Below are positions 40,074 through 51,640 of a DNA stretch of 64,000 nucleotides, one piece after another. The stretch lies in assembly GCA_963702005.1 (NCBI GenBank), contig OY969696.1, positions 1,568,001 through 1,632,000 of the forward strand. Direction: 5' to 3'. The notes below the pieces were generated by a model, which did no database searches, was not told the origin of the DNA, and saw only the letters and a list, made by a program, of their open reading frames with translations. Made by a program: the position numbers and the translations under genes. Within the stretch, counting starts at the first letter, position 1. Each line of letters starts with the position of its first letter. Source of the stretch: Candidatus Aminicenantes bacterium (GTDB taxonomy: Bacteria; Acidobacteriota; Aminicenantia; Aminicenantales; JAFGBC01).

Positions 40074-40628
40074 TCAGCGCAGGGTCACGATCTCGGCGCC
40101 AAAGATAGCCACGACCGCCGACTCCCCGACGTAAGTTCCGATCTTCTGATGGACATGGCCGTGGAACACGTATTTAGGCTGCCTGTCCTCGACGTATTTC
40201 AGCAGGGCGCTGCTCCCCTGATGGGCGGCGTCGTCCCGGTCGGTCTTCTTGAAGAGGGGGGCGTGGCAGATGAGGATATCAACCTGGGGAAACTTGGCCA
40301 GCGCTTCGGCCGCGGCCAGGTCGTCCCATTGAAAGTGGCCGGACGGCTTGTATTCGGGAACGCCCCGCCAACCGCCGATGAACCAGCTCCGGCACTGGGC
40401 GAGCCGGAAGTGGACGTCCGTGATGAATGGCGGGAAGGGCTTGGCGGAGTCGTGGTTCCCCTTGACGGCGAAGATCGGCTTGCCGAATCTCTCGTGGACG
40501 TCCTCGAGGATCCGGTCATCGACGTCGCCGCAGGATAAAACAAAGTCGAGGGGCGGATTGATGGCGTCCGTGAAGCGGGCGTTGGGGTAATCGGCCAGGA
40601 CCAGAACCCGGCTCGGGAGCGCTTTCAT
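40074..40628 (-). CDS. Calcineurin-like metallophosphoesterase
   Basis: GD, GNHD, CHAP, HGHVH. Confidence 0.85.
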   Translation of the reverse strand: MKALPSRVLVLADYPNARFTDAINPPLDFVLSCGDVDDRILEDVHERFGKPIFAVKGNHDSAKPFPPFITDVHFRLAQCRSWFIGGWRGVPEYKPSGHFQWDDLAAAEALAKFPQVDILICHAPLFKKTDRDDAAHQGSSALLKYVEDRQPKYVFHGHVHQKIGTYVGESAVVAIFGAEIVTLR

Positions 40629-40636
40629 GGGATTCC

Positions 40637-41629
40637 TCAGAGATGGAGCTCGACGACGTCCTCGTCGGCCAGGACGTGTTCGCGCTGGACCCGCAGCCCT
40701 TCGAGGCTTCCGCCCCGGCTCCAGATCCGGGCGAAGGCGAGGTTGAGGGCGAAATCCTTGTGGACGGCCCGGGCCAGGTCCATGACCGTGCTCCCGATCT
40801 TGAGGGTGAAGGGCGAGGTCAGGTCCGCTTTCTTCCCGGGGGCCTTGCTGTAGACTCGGACGATCTTGAGGAGATTAAAGACGGCTTTTCTGAGCGCCTC
40901 GACGCCCTGGCCCGACGCCGTCGAGATCGCCGCCGTTCCGAAACGGCCTTCGAACAGAACCTTGATCTCGTCGAGGACGCCGGCCGCGCCCTCGGCGTCG
41001 AGATGAGTGCCGGCGAGAAGGGCGTGCTTCAGAAACGGAAACTTCTCGGGCGGGATCGGCTGCGCTTGGGGGACGAGTTCAATCCTTTTTTCCTTGAGAA
41101 CGGCCAGGACGCCTTCGATGGATGAGGACGCATCGAGGTCGCTTAAATCGGCCGCGACCATGACCGCATCAGCGGTCTTGATGAGCTCGGGGAGCCAGAC
41201 CTCGATGAAGTCGGGAGCGATCGGCGGTGTGTCGATGAGCTGGATTTGGATGTCGGCGAAGGGCATCATGAACGGCGCGGCCGTCCGGGTCGTGTAGGGA
41301 TACTCGGCGACCTCGACCTCATGGCCGGTCAGGGCCCGGATGATCGACGACTTTCCGGCGTTGGGGACGCCGATGACGGCGACCTGGCCGGCTCCCGATT
41401 TTTCGACCCTGACGGTCGATCCGTGCTTGGCCGCGGCAGGCTTCCGCTCGGCTTCCTGGCGGAGCTTGGCGATCTTCGACTTGAACTGCGCCTGGAGCTT
41501 CTCCGTCCCCTTATGTTTGGGGATGATAGCCAGAAGCTCCTCATAAATCGCGATCTTTTCCCGGGATGTGCGAGCGGTCTTGAGCTTGCGCTCGACCTCA
41601 AAATATTGTGGTGGCAGGTTGGCCGGCAT
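40637..41629 (-). CDS. DRG/OBG-family GTPase with TGS domain
   Basis: MPANLPPQY, PKHKGTE, GVPNAGKS, YPYTT, DTPP; TGS domain VHKDF...DEDVVELH. Confidence 0.88.
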   Translation of the reverse strand: MPANLPPQYFEVERKLKTARTSREKIAIYEELLAIIPKHKGTEKLQAQFKSKIAKLRQEAERKPAAAKHGSTVRVEKSGAGQVAVIGVPNAGKSSIIRALTGHEVEVAEYPYTTRTAAPFMMPFADIQIQLIDTPPIAPDFIEVWLPELIKTADAVMVAADLSDLDASSSIEGVLAVLKEKRIELVPQAQPIPPEKFPFLKHALLAGTHLDAEGAAGVLDEIKVLFEGRFGTAAISTASGQGVEALRKAVFNLLKIVRVYSKAPGKKADLTSPFTLKIGSTVMDLARAVHKDFALNLAFARIWSRGGSLEGLRVQREHVLADEDVVELHL

Positions 41630-41895
41630 CGGAGCCCCTCTGTCCGCTTCAAATTATACTCAAAATCAGGTCCCGGATCAAAGTCAACAATGAGAAAAAA
41701 CGGGCGGAGCGTCGTCATTTTATTGAAAAAAGCCGTATCGGACTCGAATTCATGTCAAAAAAACGCCGGATCGCCGGCGCTCAAGAAGGAAGAAATGTTT
41801 TATCTTATTAATAATAAACATGATATGATCTTGTCTGGTGTGAGATGATAACCGTGCTTTTTTGCCCGGGACAGGGCCTAGAATTAAAAAAATCC

Positions 41896-41924
41896 TTTAC
41901 TTTTATGGCTTATTTTTCTATAAT
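41896..41924 (+). promoter_or_regulatory. gyrB promoter TTTACT-17-TATAAT
   Basis: Consensus -10 and 17-nt spacer in an AT-rich intergenic region. Confidence 0.6.
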
Positions 41925-41999
41925 AAAAACGGTATTTAAGCGTCGGAAGGCCGTCAGAGACGAAATATTCGGAATTACCTAAGCCGGGGACAGAGATAA

Positions 42000-44399
<2,400 letters not shown>

Positions 44400-44434
44400 T
44401 CCGCGTCGAGCGATCCTGAAAGCGGGTGGCTTCC

Positions 44435-47151
44435 ATGACCAAGGACAAGGATAAAGGCAAAGGCAAGGCCAAGGACCGGCCCCGGGAGGAGGCCGCCGGC
44501 AAAGCCAAAGCCAAGGACAAGGGCAAAGCCCTGAGCGCGGAGAAGTCCAAGCCCAAAGACAGCCCGCCAATTCCGGATAAGGTCAAGGACAAGGCCAAGG
44601 ACAAGCCCAAAGGGAAGGCTCCCGAGAAGGAGCCCGAGAAGGAGCGGGGCGCGGACAAGGATCAGAATCAGGACAAGGTTTCCGATAAGGCCAAGGACAA
44701 ACCCAAAGAAGAACGGAAGGATCTCCCGCCCGCCGCCGCGGACCTCTCGGTCGTCAGCCTCGAGGACGAGATGCAGAGGTCCTACCTCGATTACGCCATG
44801 AGCGTCATCATCGGCCGGGCCATCCCCGACATTAAGGACGGCCTCAAGCCCGTCCACCGCCGCGTCCTGTACGCCATGTACGAATCGGGGACGACCTGGA
44901 ATAAACCCTACAAGAAATCGGCCCGGATCGTCGGCGACGTCATCGGGAAATACCATCCCCACGGCGACGCCGCCGTCTACGACACTCTGGTCCGGCTGGC
45001 CCAGGACTTCTCGATGCGCACCGTCCTGGTCGACGGCCAGGGGAACTTCGGTTCCGTCGACGGCGACCCGCCGGCGGCGATGCGCTACACCGAAGTCCGG
45101 ATGAAAAAGATCGCCGGCGAGCTGGTGGCCGACATCGAAAAGGACACGGTCAACTTCATCCCCAATTACGACGAGAGCCTCGAGATGCCCGAGGTCCTTC
45201 CGGCCAAGTTCCCCAACCTCCTCGTTAACGGCGGGAACGGGATCGCGGTCGGGATGGCCAGCAACATCCCCCCCACAACCTGGGCGAGGTCGTCGACGGC
45301 GTCGTCCACCTCATCCAGCACCCCAAGGCGACCCTCAAGGAGATCATGCAGTTCGTGCCCGGCCCCGATTTCCCGACCGGGGGCATCATCTACGGCCGCA
45401 AGGGGATCCAGGACGCCTATAAGGAAGGCCGCGGCGTCATCCACGTCCGGGCCAAGACCATCATCGAGAGGGGCGGTAAAGGGGCGCGGGACGCCATCGT
45501 CGTGACCGAGATTCCCTACCAGGTCAACAAGTCCCGTCTCCTGGAGAGCATTGCCGACCTGGTCAACGCCAAGAAGGTCGAGGGGATCGCCGACATCCGG
45601 GACGAATCGGACCGGGAGGGGATGCGGATCGTCCTCGAGGTCAAGAGGGGCGATCTTCCCGAGGTCATCCTCAACTCCCTCTTCAAGCACACCCAGCTCC
45701 AGACTTCGTTCGGGATCATCATGCTGGCCATCGTCGAGAAGCAGCCCAAGCTCCTCGGCCTTGTCGACGTGATGAAATACTTCATCTCCCACCGCCAGGA
45801 CGTCGTCCGGCGCCGGACCCGGTTCGAGCTCAAGCGGGCCGAGGCCCGGGCTCATATCCTGGAAGGCCTGGTCATCTGCCTCGACCACCTCGACGCCATC
45901 ATCAAGCTCATCCGGGCGTCGGCCAACGTCGAGGAAGCCCGCCAGGGGCTGATGACCCGCTTCCGGATGAGCCAGATCCAGGCCCAGGCCGTCCTGGACA
46001 TGCCCCTCCAGCGGCTGACCAAGCTCGAGCGGGAGAAGATCGTCCGCGAGTACGAGGAGCTCAAGAAAGAGATCGCCCGGCTCAAGAAGATCCTCGCCTC
46101 GGACAAGCTCATGCTCGACATCATCGTCGAGGAGCTCAAGGCCATCAAGCAGGAGTACCAGGACGAGAGGCGGACCGAGCTGCGCGGAGAAGCGGTGACC
46201 GAGATCCGGCCCGAGGACCTCATCAAAGAGGAGGAGGTCGCCGTCGTCCACACTCAGTCCGGCTACGTCAAGCGGACCTCCCTAAGCGCTTACCGCTACC
46301 AGAGCCGGGGCGGCAAGGGCCGCAAAGGGATCTCGATGAAGACCGAGGACATCGTCGAGAACCTGTTCGTCTGCTCAACCCACAGCTATCTCCTGGTCTT
46401 CACCAACCGCGGCCGGATGTACTGGCTCAAGGCCCTGGATATCCCCGATGTCGGCCCGGCCGGCCGGGGCCGCTCCATCAACAACATCCTCGAGATCGGG
46501 GCCGAGGAGAAGGTCCGCTCGGTCGTCGCCGTCAAGGAATTCAGCGAGGACGAGTTCATCATCATGCTCTCGACGGACGGCCAGATCAAGAAGACGCCCC
46601 TGGCCGACTTCCGGAACGTCCGGCGGGGCGGCATCAACGCCATGAGCCTCCGGGCAAAGTCGGAGCTGTTCGCGGCCCGGCTCACGAGCGGCAAGAGGGA
46701 CATCATCATCGGGACCCGGCTTGGCCGGGCCCTCCGCTTCAAGGAAGGCGAGGTCCGTCCCATGGGCCGCCAGGCGGCCGGCGTCAAGGCCATCCGGCTC
46801 CGGCCCAAGGACGCCGTCATCGGCATGGTCGTCCTGGGGGACAACGACAAGTTCATTTTCACGGCCAGCGAGCGCGGCTACGGCAAGAAGACCGACATCA
46901 AGCAATATCCCAAGCACCGCCGGGGCGGCCAGGGCGTTATCAACATCAGGGTGACCCCCAAGATCGGGAACGCCCTGACCATGGTTGGGATCGCCGACGA
47001 CGACCTCCTGGTCATGACCGTCGAGGGCAAGGTCATCCGGATCCGGACGACCCAATTCAGGCCCCTGGGCCGCTCGACCCAGGGCGTCCGGATCATCCAG
47101 CTCGAGCCCAAGGACCGGGTCTGCTCGGTCGCCAAGGTCGGCGAAGAATAG
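44435..47151 (+). CDS. gyrA: DNA gyrase subunit A (apparent 1-bp deletion in C-run 45268-45274; long N-terminal extension)
   Basis: [20 protein letters not shown], GyrA box QSRGGKG; adding one C restores [10 protein letters not shown] and joins the two track ORFs. Confidence 0.93.
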
Positions 47152-47178
47152 CCGGCCGGTCTCGGCAAGGCGGCCCAT

Positions 47179-47475
47179 TTGACCCGTTCGCCGACGCTAC
47201 ACCGCCCTGAAAGGCGGGGACGAGAAGCGACACTTTTGTACTCAGCCCCTTTAGAGGAGATGGGACTGAGTGGGCTCAGGGCAGAAGCTCCACGTGATAA
47301 TCTGTGGAGCTTCAGCCCCGAACAAGCCCCGGCATTCATGCACTCATGAACCGGAAACGGTTCATGAGTACTGGCGCTCCAATGAGCATTAGTCTGTGGA
47401 GCTTCGGCCGGGGAGCAGCCTTGCAGCACTCATACTAAGCCGGAAACGGCTTAGTATGAGTATCGAGGGGTTGAC
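47179..47475. repeat. TTGAC-bounded composite palindromic (REP/MITE-like) element with nested hairpins
   Basis: Shares TTGACCCGTTCGCCGA, GGCTCAGGG and GGGGTTGACA with 51506-51582; contains several perfect or near-perfect stem-loops. Confidence 0.75.
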
Positions 47476-47499
47476 ACGGGGGCTAAATCCTATTAAAAT
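47471..47499 (+). promoter_or_regulatory. Sigma70 promoter TTGACA-17-TAAAAT
   Basis: Consensus -35, 17-nt spacer, 30 nt upstream of ATG 47530. Confidence 0.75.
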
Positions 47500-47529
47500 A
47501 GTAGGGTAAAGATAGGAAAGGGTTCGACC

Positions 47530-47943
47530 ATGTCTAAACTCATTTCGTTCGGCCTCGTCTTTCTCCTCCTGGCCGCTCTTCTGCCCGCTGAAGAGGAGGA
47601 GTTCTCGCTCCTGCCCGGTTTCGGCAAGACGTGCCGGATCGGAGAGAATTACACGTTCAACTATGACTTCGACAAGACGCCCAAGATGGGGATGGCCGTC
47701 CTCCGCATCAAGCTCTTCGATGCGAAGGGCCGCAAGGCGACCGACCTCGAGATCATAGGGCGGTACGATATGCCCTCGATGCAGGGCGCCCACGCCTCCG
47801 GCGACGTTGCGTTCAAGCTCAACAAGAAAGGCGTCTACCTCCTTCCCGTCAATATCGTCATGCCGGGGGAGTGGGAGATCCGGCTCGTCTTCCTCAAGGA
47901 CAAATCCGTCATCCACCGGGCCCGATTTTTATTCAATGTCTAA
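47530..47943 (+). CDS. Secreted YtkA/FixH-like protein
   Basis: Signal peptide; YDMPSMQGAH and VNIVMPGEWEI motifs. Confidence 0.7.
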   Translation: MSKLISFGLVFLLLAALLPAEEEEFSLLPGFGKTCRIGENYTFNYDFDKTPKMGMAVLRIKLFDAKGRKATDLEIIGRYDMPSMQGAHASGDVAFKLNKKGVYLLPVNIVMPGEWEIRLVFLKDKSVIHRARFLFNV

Positions 47944-48922
47944 ACGGCGGGCGGTCCTGGCCCTCGTCCTCGTCCTGGCCGCCCGGGCGGGCAGGGCGGA
48001 GGCGGGGAGCGCGCTTTTCTTCCTGGAGCTCCAGGCCGTGGCCGGCTACGCCCGGCAGGAGGGGAAGGTCGTCTTCTTCTCCCAGTCCCGCTACGACGCC
48101 ATGCAGAAGCCCAGCCTGGGATTCGACGCCCTTCTGCGGATCTCGGGACGGACCGCCGACAGGGGATCGGTCGCGCTCCAGGTCCGGCTGGCCTATGATG
48201 CGGACCGTCCTTCCAGAGCCGAGATCCAGGTCTACAACGCCTTCATCAAGCTCAAGCTCGGTTTTTCCGACCTGTGGGCCGGGCACAACAAACCGGCCCT
48301 CGGGCTGTCGTCCGTCCTCGACAGCCACGCCGAGCTGCTCATACCCCTCTCCATGCAGGGGATCGGTTTCGATCGAGACTGGGGCGTGGGGCTTTCCAGG
48401 GATTACCCATGGGGCTCGGGAAGCTTGAGCCTGACGGCGGGGAGCGGAATGCCCCTTCGCCTCAAAGGAAACTACCTCGCGGCCGGACGGATCTCCCGGG
48501 GCGTCCTCAACCGGGACAACTTCTCGCTGGGATTATCGGCGGCCTACGGCCGGATCCTCGATGTCATGGGGACTCATGTTTTTTCCGGCCGGCCGCGGCC
48601 GTTTCGCTGCGTGTCGTTTGACGCGTCCTACTTCTGGCGAAGAATCGAGAACCGGGTCGAGGTCGCGGCCGGAACCAGCCGGAATGATTCTCTGTTCGCC
48701 CTGTTCTGGCGGGGGAGCGTCCGTTTCCTCGAAGAGGACCGGCTCAGACTCGAGCTCCAGCCTTGTTACGTCCGGCGGGGCCTTGAGCGCGGCTGGGAAG
48801 TCTCAACGGGCGTTTCTTTCCAGGCCACGACGCATCTCAGCCTGCGCGCCATGGCCGTCCGGGACGGAATCAGGAACGACCGCCGGATTGTTGTCCAGGC
48901 CTATTATTACCGGGCCCTCTGA
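47936..48922 (+). CDS. Putative outer-membrane beta-barrel (porin-like)
   Basis: Signal peptide from ATG 47936; QVYNAFI..., FDRDWG; terminal VVQAYY strand. Confidence 0.65.
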   Translation: MSKRRAVLALVLVLAARAGRAEAGSALFFLELQAVAGYARQEGKVVFFSQSRYDAMQKPSLGFDALLRISGRTADRGSVALQVRLAYDADRPSRAEIQVYNAFIKLKLGFSDLWAGHNKPALGLSSVLDSHAELLIPLSMQGIGFDRDWGVGLSRDYPWGSGSLSLTAGSGMPLRLKGNYLAAGRISRGVLNRDNFSLGLSAAYGRILDVMGTHVFSGRPRPFRCVSFDASYFWRRIENRVEVAAGTSRNDSLFALFWRGSVRFLEEDRLRLELQPCYVRRGLERGWEVSTGVSFQATTHLSLRAMAVRDGIRNDRRIVVQAYYYRAL

Positions 48923-48936
48923 AAGGGAGGGGAACG

Positions 48937-49628
48937 ATGATGCAAAGATCTGGCTATGAACCCGCGCTCGGCCGGGCGGCCGCTCTGGCCCTGTTCGCTT
49001 TATTCCTAGCCTGCCGCGTCCTCATGGCCGCCGTCGGGTGCGACCTCAATGACCCCGACCGCGACGTCAAGCGCCTCTTTCCCGATTCGACCGGATATAA
49101 GACGATCTATGTCTCCATCGCCAAAAAAGGCGGCGCCGAGCTCCTCCGCAGCATCGAGGATAGGCTCGGGGACCGTTTCCAGGGGCTGTTCGAGACGGCC
49201 GACGTCCCTTACACGATGTACGAAGTCTACCGGGGGAGGTCCTCATCGGCTACATCCACGGCGTCAATCAGAAAGGAAGTTTCGGCGGGCTCCAGGTCTT
49301 CCTGGCCTTCGACCTCGAGGGGACCATCCGCGCCTTCTATTTCCAGAAGCTGACGGCCAAGGACGCCCGCGCTTTCCGCGATCCGGCCTTCGGGCGTCAG
49401 TTCGAGGGGCTGAGCCTCAAGGATTTTTACGGATACGACGTTCGCTCCAGCCGGGAAACGCCGCCCGGACCGGTCGGGCGGATTCGCAACCCGGCGCCGG
49501 AGTCCGAGGCGGATTTCCGGGCCGTCCTGCGCGCCGTCAAGAAAAACCTGATTCTGGTCGATGAATTCCTGCTGGGCAACCGCCACCTATCCTTTTTCAA
49601 GCCCTTAGGCCAGGGAGAATTCCTATGA
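48937..49628 (+). CDS. Exported FMN-binding-domain-like protein (apparent 1-bp deletion in G-run 49232-49236)
   Basis: Adding one G gives ...YRGEVLIGYIHGVNQKGSFGGLQVFLAFDLEGTIRAFYFQK...RAVKKNL..., ending at a TGA that overlaps the next ATG. Confidence 0.65.
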
Positions 49629-50812
49629 GCATTTTCAGGATCGCTTTCAAAAACCTCCTCCGCAAACGGACCCGAAGCCTGCTGACCGTGCTGGGGATCG
49701 CCCTGGCCGCTTGGGTCTTGATCAGCCTGTTCGGATTCAACCGGGGCTACGAATCCGCCCTCAGCAAGGACATCGACAACCTCGGCTTCCAGATGCTCGT
49801 CACGGCCAAAGGCTGTCCTTACGAGGCGGCGACCTTGATGCTCAAGGGCGGGACCGGCCTCCGCTACATGAAGGAGGGGATCGCCGACGACATTCGCCGC
49901 GAGCCCGAGGTCGAGTCCGTCACCCCCATGCTCATGCAGGCCGTCTTCGACCCCAACAAGGGCGAGAGCGGAGGGATCACGGCTTATCTCGGGGTCGACC
50001 CGGCCACCTTTCCGCGTTTGAAAGGGAAGCTTGAATTCCTCCAGGGCGGTTGGTTCAGCCAGCCCGACGCCCGGGAGGCCGTCCTCGGCTACGAAGCGGC
50101 CGAGCTCGAACAGCGCGAGGTCGGGGACCTCCTCCTCATCCCCGACAAGGAGGTCGAGCTCAAGGTCGTCGGCATCCTCAAGCGGACCGGGACCCAGGAC
50201 GACGGCACGATCTTCCTGCCCCTGGGAACCGTCCAGTCCGTTTTCGGCGTCAAGGGGGAATTGACCGGCGTCGGGATCAAGCTTCGCAAGGACGCCGACC
50301 AGGCCAAGTTTGAAAACCGGATGTACGCCCTGCCCGATGTCCAGATCGTGAGCCTGGCCCAGGTCAAAACGACCATCATGACCCTTGTCTCGACGGCCAA
50401 GGTCATGGTCCTGTCGATCGCCCTCATCGCCATCCTGATCGCCGTCGTGGGCGTCGTCAACACGATCTTGATGTCGGTCGTCGAACGGACGCCCGAGATC
50501 GGCGTCCTCAAGTCGATGGGGGCGCTGTCCCGGGATATCTTCCGCCTGGTTTGGATCGAGACCGTCTTCCTATGCTTGGCCGGGGGCGGCCTCGGCGCCT
50601 TGCTGGCCCTGGCCACCGAGCGGGTGACCGAGGTCCTCGTCCGGGCCCTGCTGCCCTTCGCCCCCAGTGGAGGGCTCATCCGGATCGACTCCGGACTGGT
50701 CGTCATGACGCTTGGCATCATTGTCGCCATCGGACTCCTGAGCGGGATTTATCCGTCTTGGCGGGCCGGCCGGGTCCGGCCTTTGGAAGCCATCCGGAGC
50801 GAGGTCGAGTGA
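49625..50812 (+). CDS. MacB/FtsX-type ABC transporter permease
   Basis: RKRTRSLLTVLGI, ERTPEIGVLKSMGA, YPSWRA..PLEAIR. Confidence 0.9.
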   Translation: MSIFRIAFKNLLRKRTRSLLTVLGIALAAWVLISLFGFNRGYESALSKDIDNLGFQMLVTAKGCPYEAATLMLKGGTGLRYMKEGIADDIRREPEVESVTPMLMQAVFDPNKGESGGITAYLGVDPATFPRLKGKLEFLQGGWFSQPDAREAVLGYEAAELEQREVGDLLLIPDKEVELKVVGILKRTGTQDDGTIFLPLGTVQSVFGVKGELTGVGIKLRKDADQAKFENRMYALPDVQIVSLAQVKTTIMTLVSTAKVMVLSIALIAILIAVVGVVNTILMSVVERTPEIGVLKSMGALSRDIFRLVWIETVFLCLAGGGLGALLALATERVTEVLVRALLPFAPSGGLIRIDSGLVVMTLGIIVAIGLLSGIYPSWRAGRVRPLEAIRSEVE

Positions 50813-51509
50813 TGAGCCGCGCCGCCCAACCCATCCTTATCGCCGAGAACCTGAGGCGCCTCTATCAAAGGGGGAGCGAATCCATAGCCGCCGTGGATGG
50901 GATCTCGTTCAATCTGTCCGAGGGCGAGTTTGTCGCCTTCGTCGGTCCCTCCGGGTCGGGAAAAACCACCCTCCTTCACCTGCTCGGCTGTCTGGACAAT
51001 CCGAGCTCGGGCCGGCTGGTCGCGGCCGGCCGGACCGTATTCGACGGGCCCCGGCCTCTTCCCGAAAGGCAGCTGACCCGGATCCGGCGGGAGCTGTTCG
51101 GCTATATCTTCCAGCGGTTCTACCTCATCCCGACCCTGACCGTCGAAGAGAACGTCCGTCTCCCTTTCGCCTTCTACATGAAGCCCGGCGCCGAGGCGAA
51201 GGTCGAGCCCCTCCTCGAGCTTCTCGGGCTTGAGGGGAGGCGCCGCCACCTGCCCGGCCAACTTTCGGGGGAGAGATGCAGCGCGTCGCCATCGCCCGGG
51301 CCCTCGTCAACCGGCCCCGGGTCCTGCTGGCCGATGAGCCGACCGGGAACCTCGATGTCCGGCGCAGCGGGGAGATCGGAGTTCTGCTCAGGACGCTTAA
51401 CAGGAACGACCGGATTTCGATCGTCCTGGTCACCCATAATCCGAGCTTGGCCCGGCTGGCCGACCGGGTCGTCGAGCTCCGGGACGGCCGGCTGACCGGC
51501 CCGGCTTGA
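50812..51509 (+). CDS. LolD/MacB-type ABC ATP-binding protein (apparent 1-bp deletion in G-run 51267-51271)
   Basis: GPSGSGKT; LSGGEMQRVAIARAL after correction; LADEPTGNLD, VTH. Confidence 0.88.
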
Positions 51510-51581
51510 CCCGTTCGCCGAGGCTCAGGGTAACCCCATACCAAGCCCTGGTTTTTTGCCAGGGCTTGGTATGGGGTTGAC
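51506..51581. repeat. Short TTGAC-bounded palindromic element with a 20-bp perfect stem
   Basis: AACCCCATACCAAGCCCTGG (51532-51551) pairs with 51559-51578; ends shared with the 47179 element. Confidence 0.75.
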
Positions 51582-51605
51582 AGTTCGGGCCGGGAAAAAT
51601 ACAAT
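51577..51605 (+). promoter_or_regulatory. Sigma70 promoter TTGACA-17-TACAAT
   Basis: Near-consensus, upstream of the acyl-CoA ligase with its GGAGGAGG RBS. Confidence 0.75.
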
Positions 51606-51640
51606 GGGTTTCGCCATCCAAGGAAAAGGAGGAGGGACCC

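Noticed and set aside
44426-47151. Split or pseudogenised gyrA
   Set aside because: One missing C in a homopolymer explains it, the gene is essential, and two similar indels lie nearby
47239-47462. CRISPR array
   Set aside because: Units differ in length, sequence and orientation, lack regular spacers, and no cas genes are present
51532-51578. Ordinary intrinsic terminator after the ABC operon
   Set aside because: The T-run is in the loop, not after the stem, and the flanks match the 47179 element
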